Shown here piece by piece: positions 1 to 7,076 of a stretch of DNA of 33,415 nucleotides. Numbering within the stretch: position 1 is the stretch's first letter; the number at the start of each line of letters is the position of its first letter. Below the pieces are notes generated by a model that worked only from the letters and a program-made list of their open reading frames with translations, did not search any database and had not been told where the DNA came from. Origin of the DNA: a virus (taxonomy: Duplodnaviria > Caudoviricetes); the IMG/VR virus record IMGVR_UViG_3300030606_000260, positions 1 to 33,415 of that record. One strand, given 5' to 3'. Made by a program: the position numbers and the translations under genes.

Positions 1-718
1 AGCTCTTATCCTGCTGGGTATCGACCCATTTCTGATCGAACTCCCGCCGCACCTGCGTCATGAAAGTCAGCCTTGATGGTGGCAGGATCTCATATGCGAC
101 AGCATCAGGCGTGTGGACGATCAGCGCGCCAGCGAGTTGCGCGCTCTTGAAGAAGTCGCGATCTTCGCCGCTGCTGAGATTGTAGGCTTCCCTGAATCGC
201 AGATTAAAGTCATGCGGGTCGATCAGCGCGCCGGAAAACAGCACGCCGTTCGTCGATGCGAACTCGGCATCGAGCCGCCACTTGTGCGGCTTGGTTTTCG
301 GGAATGCCCAGCGCGGCAGCGGATCCGGGTAATGATACGTCACGGATGACTTGACGACGTCGGCGCCGGTCTTGAACTGCGCTGCGAACAGGTCAACCAG
401 CCAGCTATGCGGCACGCGCTGATCGTCGTCGAGCATCACGATCCAGTCGCTCAGGTGATTCCGCGCAAAGCGCAGGATAGCGTTGCGAGCGATCGCAATG
501 CCGGTGCGCGGCTCGTGAAGATAGAAAACGGCGAGCTCAGGATTTTCGCGCTGGAACGCTTCGACGAGGCCGTGTGCGCTGGCGGTATCGTCGTTGTCGA
601 TGATGACGATCATCAGGCCGGATTGCGCCGGAATGTCGAGATCCTGAATCGATGCCAGACACTGGGAAAGCAGGATTGGCCGCTGACGTGTGCAAACACC
701 AAGGCAGATGCGTGTCAT
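1..718 (-). CDS. GT2-family glycosyltransferase, ExoM-like (3' end runs off the window)
   Basis: Not in the ORF track; translated by hand from ATG at 718: MTRICLGVCTRQRPILLSQCLASI...IVIIDND...HEPRTGIAIARNAIL...WIVMLDDDQRVPHSWL...FREAYNLSSGEDRDFF. It has the GT-A DxD motif (DDD) and the GED motif, and resembles rhizobial ExoM. Confidence 0.85.
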   Translation of the reverse strand, partial: MTRICLGVCTRQRPILLSQCLASIQDLDIPAQSGLMIVIIDNDDTASAHGLVEAFQRENPELAVFYLHEPRTGIAIARNAILRFARNHLSDWIVMLDDDQRVPHSWLVDLFAAQFKTGADVVKSSVTYHYPDPLPRWAFPKTKPHKWRLDAEFASTNGVLFSGALIDPHDFNLRFREAYNLSSGEDRDFFKSAQLAGALIVHTPDAVAYEILPPSRLTFMTQVRREFDQKWVDTQQDKS

Positions 719-1029
719 GGTCTGTGCGGAATGAATTTGAAGCATCACAATATCCCCTTAAAATGTGCATTTTTAGTAAAATTGTTTGCACGTGTTGTGC
801 AACAGAATTCTTTGTATGCACATTATCGCGCATCACACAGGGCGTGATTTTCGCTTGGGAAATCATCGTTGACGGTTTGTTGATAACTTTTTCGTGATGG
901 GTGGAACCGGTTAGGCGTTGCTGATGCGTTCCGGTCGCGGCGAATCCGGCGTCGGGATGGCGATAAATCGGCCAGCGTCCCGGTTTCTACTTGAGGTTGC
1001 TGAAAATCAGGGAAATTTTGAAGCTGAAA

Positions 1030-1225
1030 AAGTGGGACACAAACCGGAAAAAACCCGTGAAAACAATGCCGGGTTTTTGTGTCCCACTTGCTGCTAAGTC
1101 ATTGATTTTATTGGTAAATGGCGATCCCGGTAGGGCTGCCACCCAAAAATTAAGCACCTGATTTTTAACCCGTTTTTGCCGAAATTGTCCCACCGTTTTC
1201 AAGCTGCGTTTTCCGGTGGGACACA
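1030..1225. repeat. Integrase arm-type repeats (GTGGGACA x4) and two IHF-like sites around the att core
   Basis: Perfect inverted repeats: AAGTGGGACACAAA 1030-1043 / 1076-1089 and TGTCCCACCG 1186-1195 / 1214-1223. WATCAR-N4-TTR matches on the minus strand at about 1095-1107 and 1151-1163. Confidence 0.7.
1119..1134 (-). mobile_element. att core: 3' end of a tRNA (probably tRNA-Arg), CCTACCGGGATCGCCA on the minus strand
   Basis: Ends in CCA and looks like a T-stem/acceptor-stem 3' half. It lies 30 bp past the integrase stop and has no upstream tRNA body. The isotype is from recall only. Confidence 0.7.
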
Positions 1226-2334
1226 TTTGTCTCTGTTTCGTTCTCTTCGAAATCAAGATAATGCATCGCGTCCGCAGCCAGTTTCGCCTGGCTTGCGCGC
1301 TTCGTGTAAAGCTGAACCTGCTCAAGCGTCGACCAGCCGAAAATTGCCATGAGTTGCTTTTCCGTCGCGCCGCGCTCGGCGGCGATCGTCGCACCGGCCT
1401 TACGCAATCCGTGAGCGGTGCAATGCGGCAGTCCGGCCTGATCACACCATTCCCGGAATTTATTGCCGAAGCCATTTACACTGAACGGGCGGCCCTTCGC
1501 GGTCTCCAGAAGCGTCAGATTGCTGCTCGGCGTCGCCTCGATGATCTTCGCCAGCGGCGGCAGAATGTTGAGCGTCAGCGCGACCGGCTTGCGCGCCTTG
1601 TTCTTCATCTGCGTAAAGGTCAGCACGTCGCACTTGATGTGCTGCTTGCCGAATAGCACGACGTCGGAACGGCGCTGGCCGGTGTAGAGCAGCAGTGCGA
1701 GCGCCAGCCGCGGCTTGCTGCCAACCGGGTGCCGGGCCTCGAATTGGCGCACCTCTTCGACCGTCCAGGTGTGATAGCCTTCGCTATGCACCTCGATCGG
1801 CGGCACGTCCTTGGTCGGATTGTGATCGAGATACCCAACTTCGACAGCCCATTTCATCAGCACCTTGAGCGCCTTGAGCATGTTGTTCGCGCCGTTCGGC
1901 TGCTTGGCGCGGCGGTCGCGCAGCGCACGGATGGCCTTCGCCGTGATCTGGTCGTAGGGCAAACGGCCGATCGGCACCGGGCGCGCGCTGCTCAAAGGCT
2001 CGTCGCAGATCGATGTCAACATCTGTGCGCGGCGCGTCTGGGTAATTTCGACCAGTTTGTTCGTGAATTCCGGCGAACGTTTGTAACGCTCGCACAGCCA
2101 TTCGAAACTATCGGTGCCCTTGATGAGCGGCGCGCGCGCTGGCGCGTCTGCTGTCGCCGGCATTGGCGCACCGGCAAGCGCAGCCTGATAGGCGGCCATG
2201 AACTCGTCAGATCCCGGCAATCCCGGCAGCCGGATCTTGCGTGCCATGCCGCGCTTGCGGAAATAATGCCGGGCATTGCCGTGCCGGTCGCGGTCGGTGG
2301 TGACGTATTTGAGCCTGATGCGCGCCATCTCCAA
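1165..2334 (-). CDS. int: Tyrosine recombinase / phage integrase
   Basis: Catalytic motifs YTGQRRSD (R), HGLRK (HxxR), FGW and VQLYT (Y); N-terminal arm-binding region DRHGNARHYFR. Confidence 0.95.
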   Translation of the reverse strand: MEMARIRLKYVTTDRDRHGNARHYFRKRGMARKIRLPGLPGSDEFMAAYQAALAGAPMPATADAPARAPLIKGTDSFEWLCERYKRSPEFTNKLVEITQTRRAQMLTSICDEPLSSARPVPIGRLPYDQITAKAIRALRDRRAKQPNGANNMLKALKVLMKWAVEVGYLDHNPTKDVPPIEVHSEGYHTWTVEEVRQFEARHPVGSKPRLALALLLYTGQRRSDVVLFGKQHIKCDVLTFTQMKNKARKPVALTLNILPPLAKIIEATPSSNLTLLETAKGRPFSVNGFGNKFREWCDQAGLPHCTAHGLRKAGATIAAERGATEKQLMAIFGWSTLEQVQLYTKRASQAKLAADAMHYLDFEENETETNVSHRKTQLENGGTISAKTG

Positions 2335-2340
2335 TCCTCC

Positions 2341-2604
2341 TCAGTTGAGTTCGTCCCAGATGTTATTATTGGTTTCTTCCATATCATCGCCGGGAAGCGC
2401 GGCGAAAGCTATGTCAAGTTTCACACGATCCCAGACACGTCGGCGATTAATGAGTTTCGGTCCCGGCATGCGGCCATCGGCCACCATGACATCGAACAGC
2501 CGCACGCCGACGCCAATATAGGCCGCCGCGGTTTCCCGTGACAAGCCGCGCGGTGCGAGCGAATGCGGCAATGCGTTGCCGGTGGCTTTATGCGTCTGGC
2601 TCAT
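2341..2604 (-). CDS. Excisionase / AlpA-like winged-helix protein
   Basis: PRGLSRETAAAYIGVG..LFDVMVADGRMPGPK..NRRRVWDR; immediately upstream of int. Confidence 0.8.
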   Translation of the reverse strand: MSQTHKATGNALPHSLAPRGLSRETAAAYIGVGVRLFDVMVADGRMPGPKLINRRRVWDRVKLDIAFAALPGDDMEETNNNIWDELN

Positions 2605-2770
2605 CGCCTGCGTTCTCATCCATCAGCAGCTTGAGAATATCGCGCTCGGTCTCTTCCTTGATCTTGTCCCACATGCTGCCAGATATGAATTCGCGACCGA
2701 TGCGATCGCGCCTGCGTGCGGCTTCTGCGGCGGCTCTAATGGCTTCGTTCCAGATTTGCGCGCGTGTCAT
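2588..2770 (-). CDS. Small hypothetical phage protein (paralogue of 3164-3349)
   Basis: 60-aa ORF in a coupled operon; QIWNEAIRAAA...RDILKLL is shared with the paralogue. Confidence 0.65.
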   Translation of the reverse strand: MTRAQIWNEAIRAAAEAARRRDRIGREFISGSMWDKIKEETERDILKLLMDENAGDEPDA

Positions 2771-3150
2771 CAGAATGGAATGTCCGTCTCGACGGCATGG
2801 CCAGCATCATCGACCTTTATTGTCTGTTCGACGATGGCGAGCTCTGCCGATGGGTCTCTTGCTAGGATGCTATCGCGCCGGGTGCTCGCGTCGTATTCGT
2901 TGTCAAAATCTTCGGAAACCTTGATGCCCAGCACGGTGCCTTGCAGGCGATGGACCTGCTTTGTTTCGAAATCCTGGCGTCGGAAGATCTTCACCGAGCG
3001 GGCATAGCTTTCCGCGCCGCGAATGAAAAATGCATCACCATTTTCGTTTGTCAGTTGAACGCCGACGATCGTGTCGTTTTCTTTTTCGAATTCGACGCGG
3101 ACGCTCGGCAAATGGATTTCATTCACGGATTTGATTGAAACCAGCTTCAT
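2770..3150 (-). CDS. Hypothetical protein ending in an SSB-like tail (ETDIPF)
   Basis: AGGAG RBS before ATG 3150; stop overlaps the next start. Confidence 0.65.
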   Translation of the reverse strand: MKLVSIKSVNEIHLPSVRVEFEKENDTIVGVQLTNENGDAFFIRGAESYARSVKIFRRQDFETKQVHRLQGTVLGIKVSEDFDNEYDASTRRDSILARDPSAELAIVEQTIKVDDAGHAVETDIPF

Positions 3151-3163
3151 GATTTTTCTCCTG

Positions 3164-3349
3164 TCATTCCGTTTCGTCATCCTCATCGATCAGTAGCTTG
3201 AGTATGTCGCGCGCTGCGTCGATCCTCATGGCCTCCCACAGGCTGCCTGGCACCGCTTCGCGGTCGCCGCGATCCAGCGTCTCAGCAACCATTGCTGCCG
3301 CCCTGATAGCCTCATTCCATATCTGGGTGCGTGTCGGCGTCATGTGCAT
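3164..3349 (-). CDS. Small hypothetical phage protein (paralogue of 2588-2770)
   Basis: MHMTPTRTQIWNEAIRAAAMVAETLDRGDREAVPGSLWEAMRIDAARDILKLLIDED. Confidence 0.65.
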   Translation of the reverse strand: MHMTPTRTQIWNEAIRAAAMVAETLDRGDREAVPGSLWEAMRIDAARDILKLLIDEDDETE

Positions 3350-3629
3350 GCTCCGGGATGTTGATCTGTTCAGGCGCAAGCGTATCAAGTCCGTTCTTTT
3401 CCCGATGCGCCTCGATGCTGTCACAGCCTTCAAGCGCAATCCGCATGGCCGCGACTGCGATGCGCACCGCATGGCGCTGCACGACGTCGGACGGCTGCCA
3501 TGCCATTGCTTGCGCCATGCCCATGAAGGAATTGTGCAGCGCTTTGTAATTGCCGTTATTGTCCGGGCGGGCGCGGCGGGATTCAGCCAGCTTCATCACG
3601 ACCTGTGCGAGGAATTCTGAGTTTTTCAT
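3312..3629 (-). CDS. Hypothetical helical protein, possibly a degenerate MazG-like fold
   Basis: Starts MKNSEF with an ATGA overlap. AVRIAVAAMRIALEG resembles the last helix of phage MazG-like proteins, but no EExxE motif is visible. Confidence 0.5.
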   Translation of the reverse strand: MKNSEFLAQVVMKLAESRRARPDNNGNYKALHNSFMGMAQAMAWQPSDVVQRHAVRIAVAAMRIALEGCDSIEAHREKNGLDTLAPEQINIPEHAHDADTHPDME

Positions 3630-3850
3630 TTCGATAGCTTCTGTCCGTTCATCTGCCGATGCTCTGGGCAATAGTGAAACCACGTGCCGCGCTCTTTCCG
3701 CGCCTGCCAGCCCTTTGCTCGGATGAACTGCGTTGCTTGGAAGAATGAGCGGTCCATGGCGTCGAGCGCGGCCCTGCAGTCGGGGTGGTCGCAGGTGATG
3801 AGAAAGTCGGCGCTGTCGGGGTCGTTTCTGCGGATGGTTTCGAGGGTCAT
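3626..3850 (-). CDS. Small putative zinc-binding phage protein
   Basis: ITCDHPDC...KGW...HYCPEH pattern; ATGA coupling on both sides. Confidence 0.65.
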   Translation of the reverse strand: MTLETIRRNDPDSADFLITCDHPDCRAALDAMDRSFFQATQFIRAKGWQARKERGTWFHYCPEHRQMNGQKLSK

Positions 3851-4803
3851 GAATCTGCCTCGGCAAGATTTTTTGACAGTATGTTCTGTCGCTGCGGCGG
3901 TTCAGGGTTTTGCCCCTTAATCCGTGCCCTGTATTCCTTTTGGATTATGCCATTTGAAGCACAGCCAACGACGCAAGGACTGACGGGGATCAGAACGCCG
4001 GTGTTGAGCTTTCTGATGTGTCCACGTCGCCAATGCATCCTCGGTGAGCGCTTTTCGCTGTAACTAGCGTTGCCGTCGTTTTTGTAAATTGTGTCTATGT
4101 TAATTTTTGCGATTTTGTATTCGAATGGCGGAAGAGTCGCTTGTCGTTTCGCTGCCCTTATTTGCTGTCGCGATGGCTTTATATCTCGCAATTGAATTGA
4201 TTGCGATTTCAGCATCACGACTGTGCCGCGAATTTGTTCAAAAAAATGTTGGGCATTTTGAGCGCGAACGTCCCTCGGTGTCTTCCCTTCAGCTTTCGCT
4301 CTATTTACAAATTCTCTGTGCGCCTCATCACTATGGAATGGGCTTTGCGGATGGACTATTGCTGCATAGCTTTCCTTTTGCCCTTCGACTTTCTTTTCTG
4401 GGGGGTGAAAACGCGAACTACATGAGTGCTCAACAAAGTTTTCATCGCCTAAAAGCGGAACAACGAAGTCTGTGTCCAAGCACCAATTCATCCCAGCGGT
4501 GAAACGAGAGAATGCGATTACCGTTATTGCATTATTGCCCTGCAGACAAAGGGCGGCTGATTCACCGTTTTCTGTTAAATCTTCTTTCCATGTAAGAAAC
4601 GTCAATGGATAAGGAAGTTGGAATATTCCGTTATTTATGCATTCCGTTGCGAAGTATATGCATTCTTCCGGTGGTGGTGTTTCTATTTTAAATTTCTGAG
4701 ATGTTTGCAAAAAGAGAATAAGTGATTTTATTCCAACACCATCATAAATATTGTTGTCAACACCGGTGTGAATGCTTCTGATTATGTCAATTGCTTCTTG
4801 CAT
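3847..4803 (-). CDS. Hypothetical phage protein, AT-rich, with C-terminal SPRxHxRRGHxR motif
   Basis: 318-aa ORF containing RSPRMHWRRGHIRKL...VSPCVVG; visibly lower GC than its neighbours. Confidence 0.7.
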   Translation of the reverse strand: MQEAIDIIRSIHTGVDNNIYDGVGIKSLILFLQTSQKFKIETPPPEECIYFATECINNGIFQLPYPLTFLTWKEDLTENGESAALCLQGNNAITVIAFSRFTAGMNWCLDTDFVVPLLGDENFVEHSCSSRFHPPEKKVEGQKESYAAIVHPQSPFHSDEAHREFVNRAKAEGKTPRDVRAQNAQHFFEQIRGTVVMLKSQSIQLRDIKPSRQQIRAAKRQATLPPFEYKIAKINIDTIYKNDGNASYSEKRSPRMHWRRGHIRKLNTGVLIPVSPCVVGCASNGIIQKEYRARIKGQNPEPPQRQNILSKNLAEADS

Positions 4804-4826
4804 GAGAATTACTCAATATCTCTAGA

Positions 4827-5297
4827 TTATTTCGGTCCGGTCAACAGCGCAGGCATATTCCCTCGCTCATAAGCGAGAGCGATCTGCGGGCGAAGCCATT
4901 GGCCGACTTGCTGGCCGTCCGGCAGAATGATGTTCGCGAGAAACTCGTTTTCGAATTCGCTGATGCCGCATTCGACGGCTTCGAGTTTGGCCTTGATGAC
5001 GAGTGCGAGCGCGCGCCAGCGTTGGCGGCAGGCCTGGTCGTAGAGCGTTTCCTGCGAGCTCGCTGTGCGCGGCTTCCAATATCCGCCCTGTTGAAAATGC
5101 GTGAAGGCCTTGCTGTTGCGGTCCGGTAGCGGCAGGAAGAATTTGACTTGCCGCTGCATGGCGCGAAACCCAAGAACCGCGCCGTCGTCTTTCCAGCCAT
5201 ACATGAACTGGTCCGCACCGTAGCGCGTCAGCGTGCGCTCGATTTCCATGCGGGATTTCTCGGCGGGCACTTCGGTCTTGGCGGCGTAGCGGGTCAT
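4827..5297 (-). CDS. Conserved phage hypothetical protein
   Basis: YA.KTEVPAEKSRMEIERTL.RYGA...RQRWRALALVIKAKLEAVECGISEFENEFLANI resembles a widespread prophage family. Confidence 0.75.
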   Translation of the reverse strand: MTRYAAKTEVPAEKSRMEIERTLTRYGADQFMYGWKDDGAVLGFRAMQRQVKFFLPLPDRNSKAFTHFQQGGYWKPRTASSQETLYDQACRQRWRALALVIKAKLEAVECGISEFENEFLANIILPDGQQVGQWLRPQIALAYERGNMPALLTGPK

Positions 5298-5506
5298 TCC
5301 GCCACCTCTTCAACGCTATCCTTTGGCACTGTGAAAAAAGGATAGCCACCGTCTGACTTCATCGTTACGGAGATGTGCGGAACGCCTGTCATTCTGGTGT
5401 CATCGCGGGCGAGTCCATAGTCATGCTTTGTGCATGCGAATACGATGGTGCCAGCGGTTGCCTTGGTCTCAGTGGTGGCGTCTTTCTTCATGCGGTAGCG
5501 GGTCAT
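5294..5506 (-). CDS. Small hypothetical protein
   Basis: 70 aa, HDYGLARDDTRMTGVPHISVT...YPFFTVP; ATGA coupling on both sides. Confidence 0.65.
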   Translation of the reverse strand: MTRYRMKKDATTETKATAGTIVFACTKHDYGLARDDTRMTGVPHISVTMKSDGGYPFFTVPKDSVEEVAE

Positions 5507-5967
5507 GAATTCATCATCCGGGCTGAAGCACGGCACCGATGAAAGTCGCAATACGGAACGCCGCATGGCTTCTCATGGCCGCAGAATTTAATCGGCGTCT
5601 CGTTCGTGACAGGCCATTTGCAGGTGCGTTCCGTGAGGTCGTGAATGCCGAGCATGAGCGGTGCTGGTGCTTCGCTGACGATTTGCGGTTTCGGTGCCAG
5701 TTTCGGCAACGCTCGCTTCGATGGCGGTATAAGAAAGCGCTTGCCTCGAAATTTCTGCGGCTTCGGCTTTTCCGGTTTAGCTTGCTGCTGCTTGGGCTTT
5801 CGCGGCTGGCTAATGCTGCGTCTTTCCGGCAGGCTGAAGCGCCTGCGTGCGCCTGCAATGGCATCCCTGGACACGCCGATTGCTTCGCCGATTTTCGAGC
5901 AAGAATTCGAGCTATCGGCCCACATTTCACGCAGGATTTTTACTCGCTCGTCGGTCCAACTGGTCAT
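5503..5967 (-). CDS. gcrA: GcrA-family cell-cycle regulator homologue
   Basis: N-terminal WTDERVKILREMW..S.SKIGEAIGVSRDAIAG HTH, a basic linker, and a C-terminal DLTERTCKWPV...FCG...PYCDFH zinc module. Confidence 0.88.
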   Translation of the reverse strand: MTSWTDERVKILREMWADSSNSCSKIGEAIGVSRDAIAGARRRFSLPERRSISQPRKPKQQQAKPEKPKPQKFRGKRFLIPPSKRALPKLAPKPQIVSEAPAPLMLGIHDLTERTCKWPVTNETPIKFCGHEKPCGVPYCDFHRCRASARMMNS

Positions 5968-6377
5968 GCCGCACCTGCAATCTTGATCCTGCAGCCCGGC
6001 GTTTCATCGGGCATGGCAATCCGCTTGTAGGCCGCTAACGTCACGACCTGGCTATCGTCGCGCCATATGCCAGCCGAGCCGATAGCATCGAGAATGGCGC
6101 GCGCAAGCTTGTCGATGTCTGGTTTCTTGACTGCGGCCGGCGTGCGGCTCTTGGGCGTCGATACGGGCCTTTTCAGTATAAAGAGCAATTCCACATAGAC
6201 ACCGCCGTCGAAGAACGCGAGAGGCTTTCCTGCAGCGTCGAGGCAGGCAGAGCGCACGTCCGAACGCCACGGCGCGACATGCTTGGAAGACTCCACCATG
6301 ATGCCGTTGCCGACATGGCGTTTTGAGCCTTGCGGCGCGGGATGGCCGGGAACGAACACTTCAAAGCGCTCTTTCAT
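5964..6377 (-). CDS. rusA: RusA-family Holliday junction resolvase
   Basis: VPGHPAPQGSKR, KPDIDKLARAILDAI, WRDDSQVV. Confidence 0.9.
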   Translation of the reverse strand: MKERFEVFVPGHPAPQGSKRHVGNGIMVESSKHVAPWRSDVRSACLDAAGKPLAFFDGGVYVELLFILKRPVSTPKSRTPAAVKKPDIDKLARAILDAIGSAGIWRDDSQVVTLAAYKRIAMPDETPGCRIKIAGAA

Positions 6378-6607
6378 TTCACGCGCGCAGGAAAGAAGCC
6401 GGCGAAAAAGCCCAGCGTCGCACCAAGCTGCCACGCCTCGAGCGGATGCTGAAGCAGGCTGAAGGCGACAAGCGTTTGGTCGACGGGATTGTTGGCAACT
6501 ACTGCGATGAGGTGAGCCGCCAGTGCGCCGACGGCCGCGCATGCGATGATGCGCAGGAAGGCAAAGCAAATGGCGAAAATGAATGCTTGTATCCAAACGA
6601 ACCACAT
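6374..6607 (-). CDS. Small membrane protein
   Basis: Strongly hydrophobic 77-aa ORF starting MWFVWIQAFIFAICFAFLRIIAC. Confidence 0.55.
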   Translation of the reverse strand: MWFVWIQAFIFAICFAFLRIIACAAVGALAAHLIAVVANNPVDQTLVAFSLLQHPLEAWQLGATLGFFAGFFPARVK

Positions 6608-6609
6608 GA

Positions 6610-6903
6610 TCAGCCCGCCATCACATGAAGGGCGAGCAGCGTGGCGCTGGCGATCCAGCCGGCCGAACCAATCAGCCAGGCCGATTTGAGCGACTGCACG
6701 ACGTTCTCGACAGTCCAGTACCAGGCGCGCTGCAGGATGATGCGGGCGGCGTGATAGACGCTCTGGCCGATGAGTTGCCATCCACCCTTGAAGATGGTCC
6801 AGAGCGCTGCGAGCTCACCCTGCGGCGCAATCGCTCGTGCGGCGCGGTCCGGCGCATAGCGGCTGAAATCGATTGTGTCAGGATACGTCGTCGCGAGTGC
6901 CAT
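6610..6903 (-). CDS. Hypothetical protein with a C-terminal hydrophobic helix; first gene of the leftward operon
   Basis: 97-aa ORF; AAAGGG upstream of the ATG. Confidence 0.55.
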   Translation of the reverse strand: MALATTYPDTIDFSRYAPDRAARAIAPQGELAALWTIFKGGWQLIGQSVYHAARIILQRAWYWTVENVVQSLKSAWLIGSAGWIASATLLALHVMAG

Positions 6904-6915
6904 CTTGCGCCCTTT

Positions 6916-6990
6916 AAAAAGGGCCGGTCAGAAAAGCGTTACGAAACTGACCGGCCAAGTTTTGGGAGGAAACGCCCAAGGAGGGCACGA
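6916..6990 (-). ncRNA. mmgR/suhB (alpha-r8)-like small RNA with an intrinsic terminator
   Basis: Minus strand reads GTGCCCTCCTTGGGCG-TTTCCTCCCA-AAACTT-GGCCGGTCAG...CTGACCGGCC-CTTTTT. This gives a small hairpin, a near match to the UUUCCUCCCU decamer of the family, and a 10-bp stem followed by U5. Confidence 0.7.
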
Positions 6991-7035
6991 GCGTCAAACC
7001 AGTCATGAAGCTCGCAAGAGGCAGTGAAACAGAAA

Positions 7036-7076
7036 TTGCACAGCAGCGTCAATTAAAATTGCACAATACTGTGCAA
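7036..7076. promoter_or_regulatory. Left operator/promoter region (OL/PL-like)
   Basis: Palindrome TTGCACA-ATAC-TGTGCAA at 7059-7076, a half-site at 7036-7042, and TTGACG on the minus strand at 7053-7048. Confidence 0.7.

Noticed and set aside
113-897. Plus-strand ORFs 113-349, 407-847 and 652-897, and minus-strand ORF 537-866
   Set aside because: They are shadows of the real minus-strand GT2 gene (1-718), which the track missed because it has no stop in the window.
1119-1200. Complete tRNA gene
   Set aside because: Only about 16 nt of 3' end is present; the upstream sequence is not tRNA-like.
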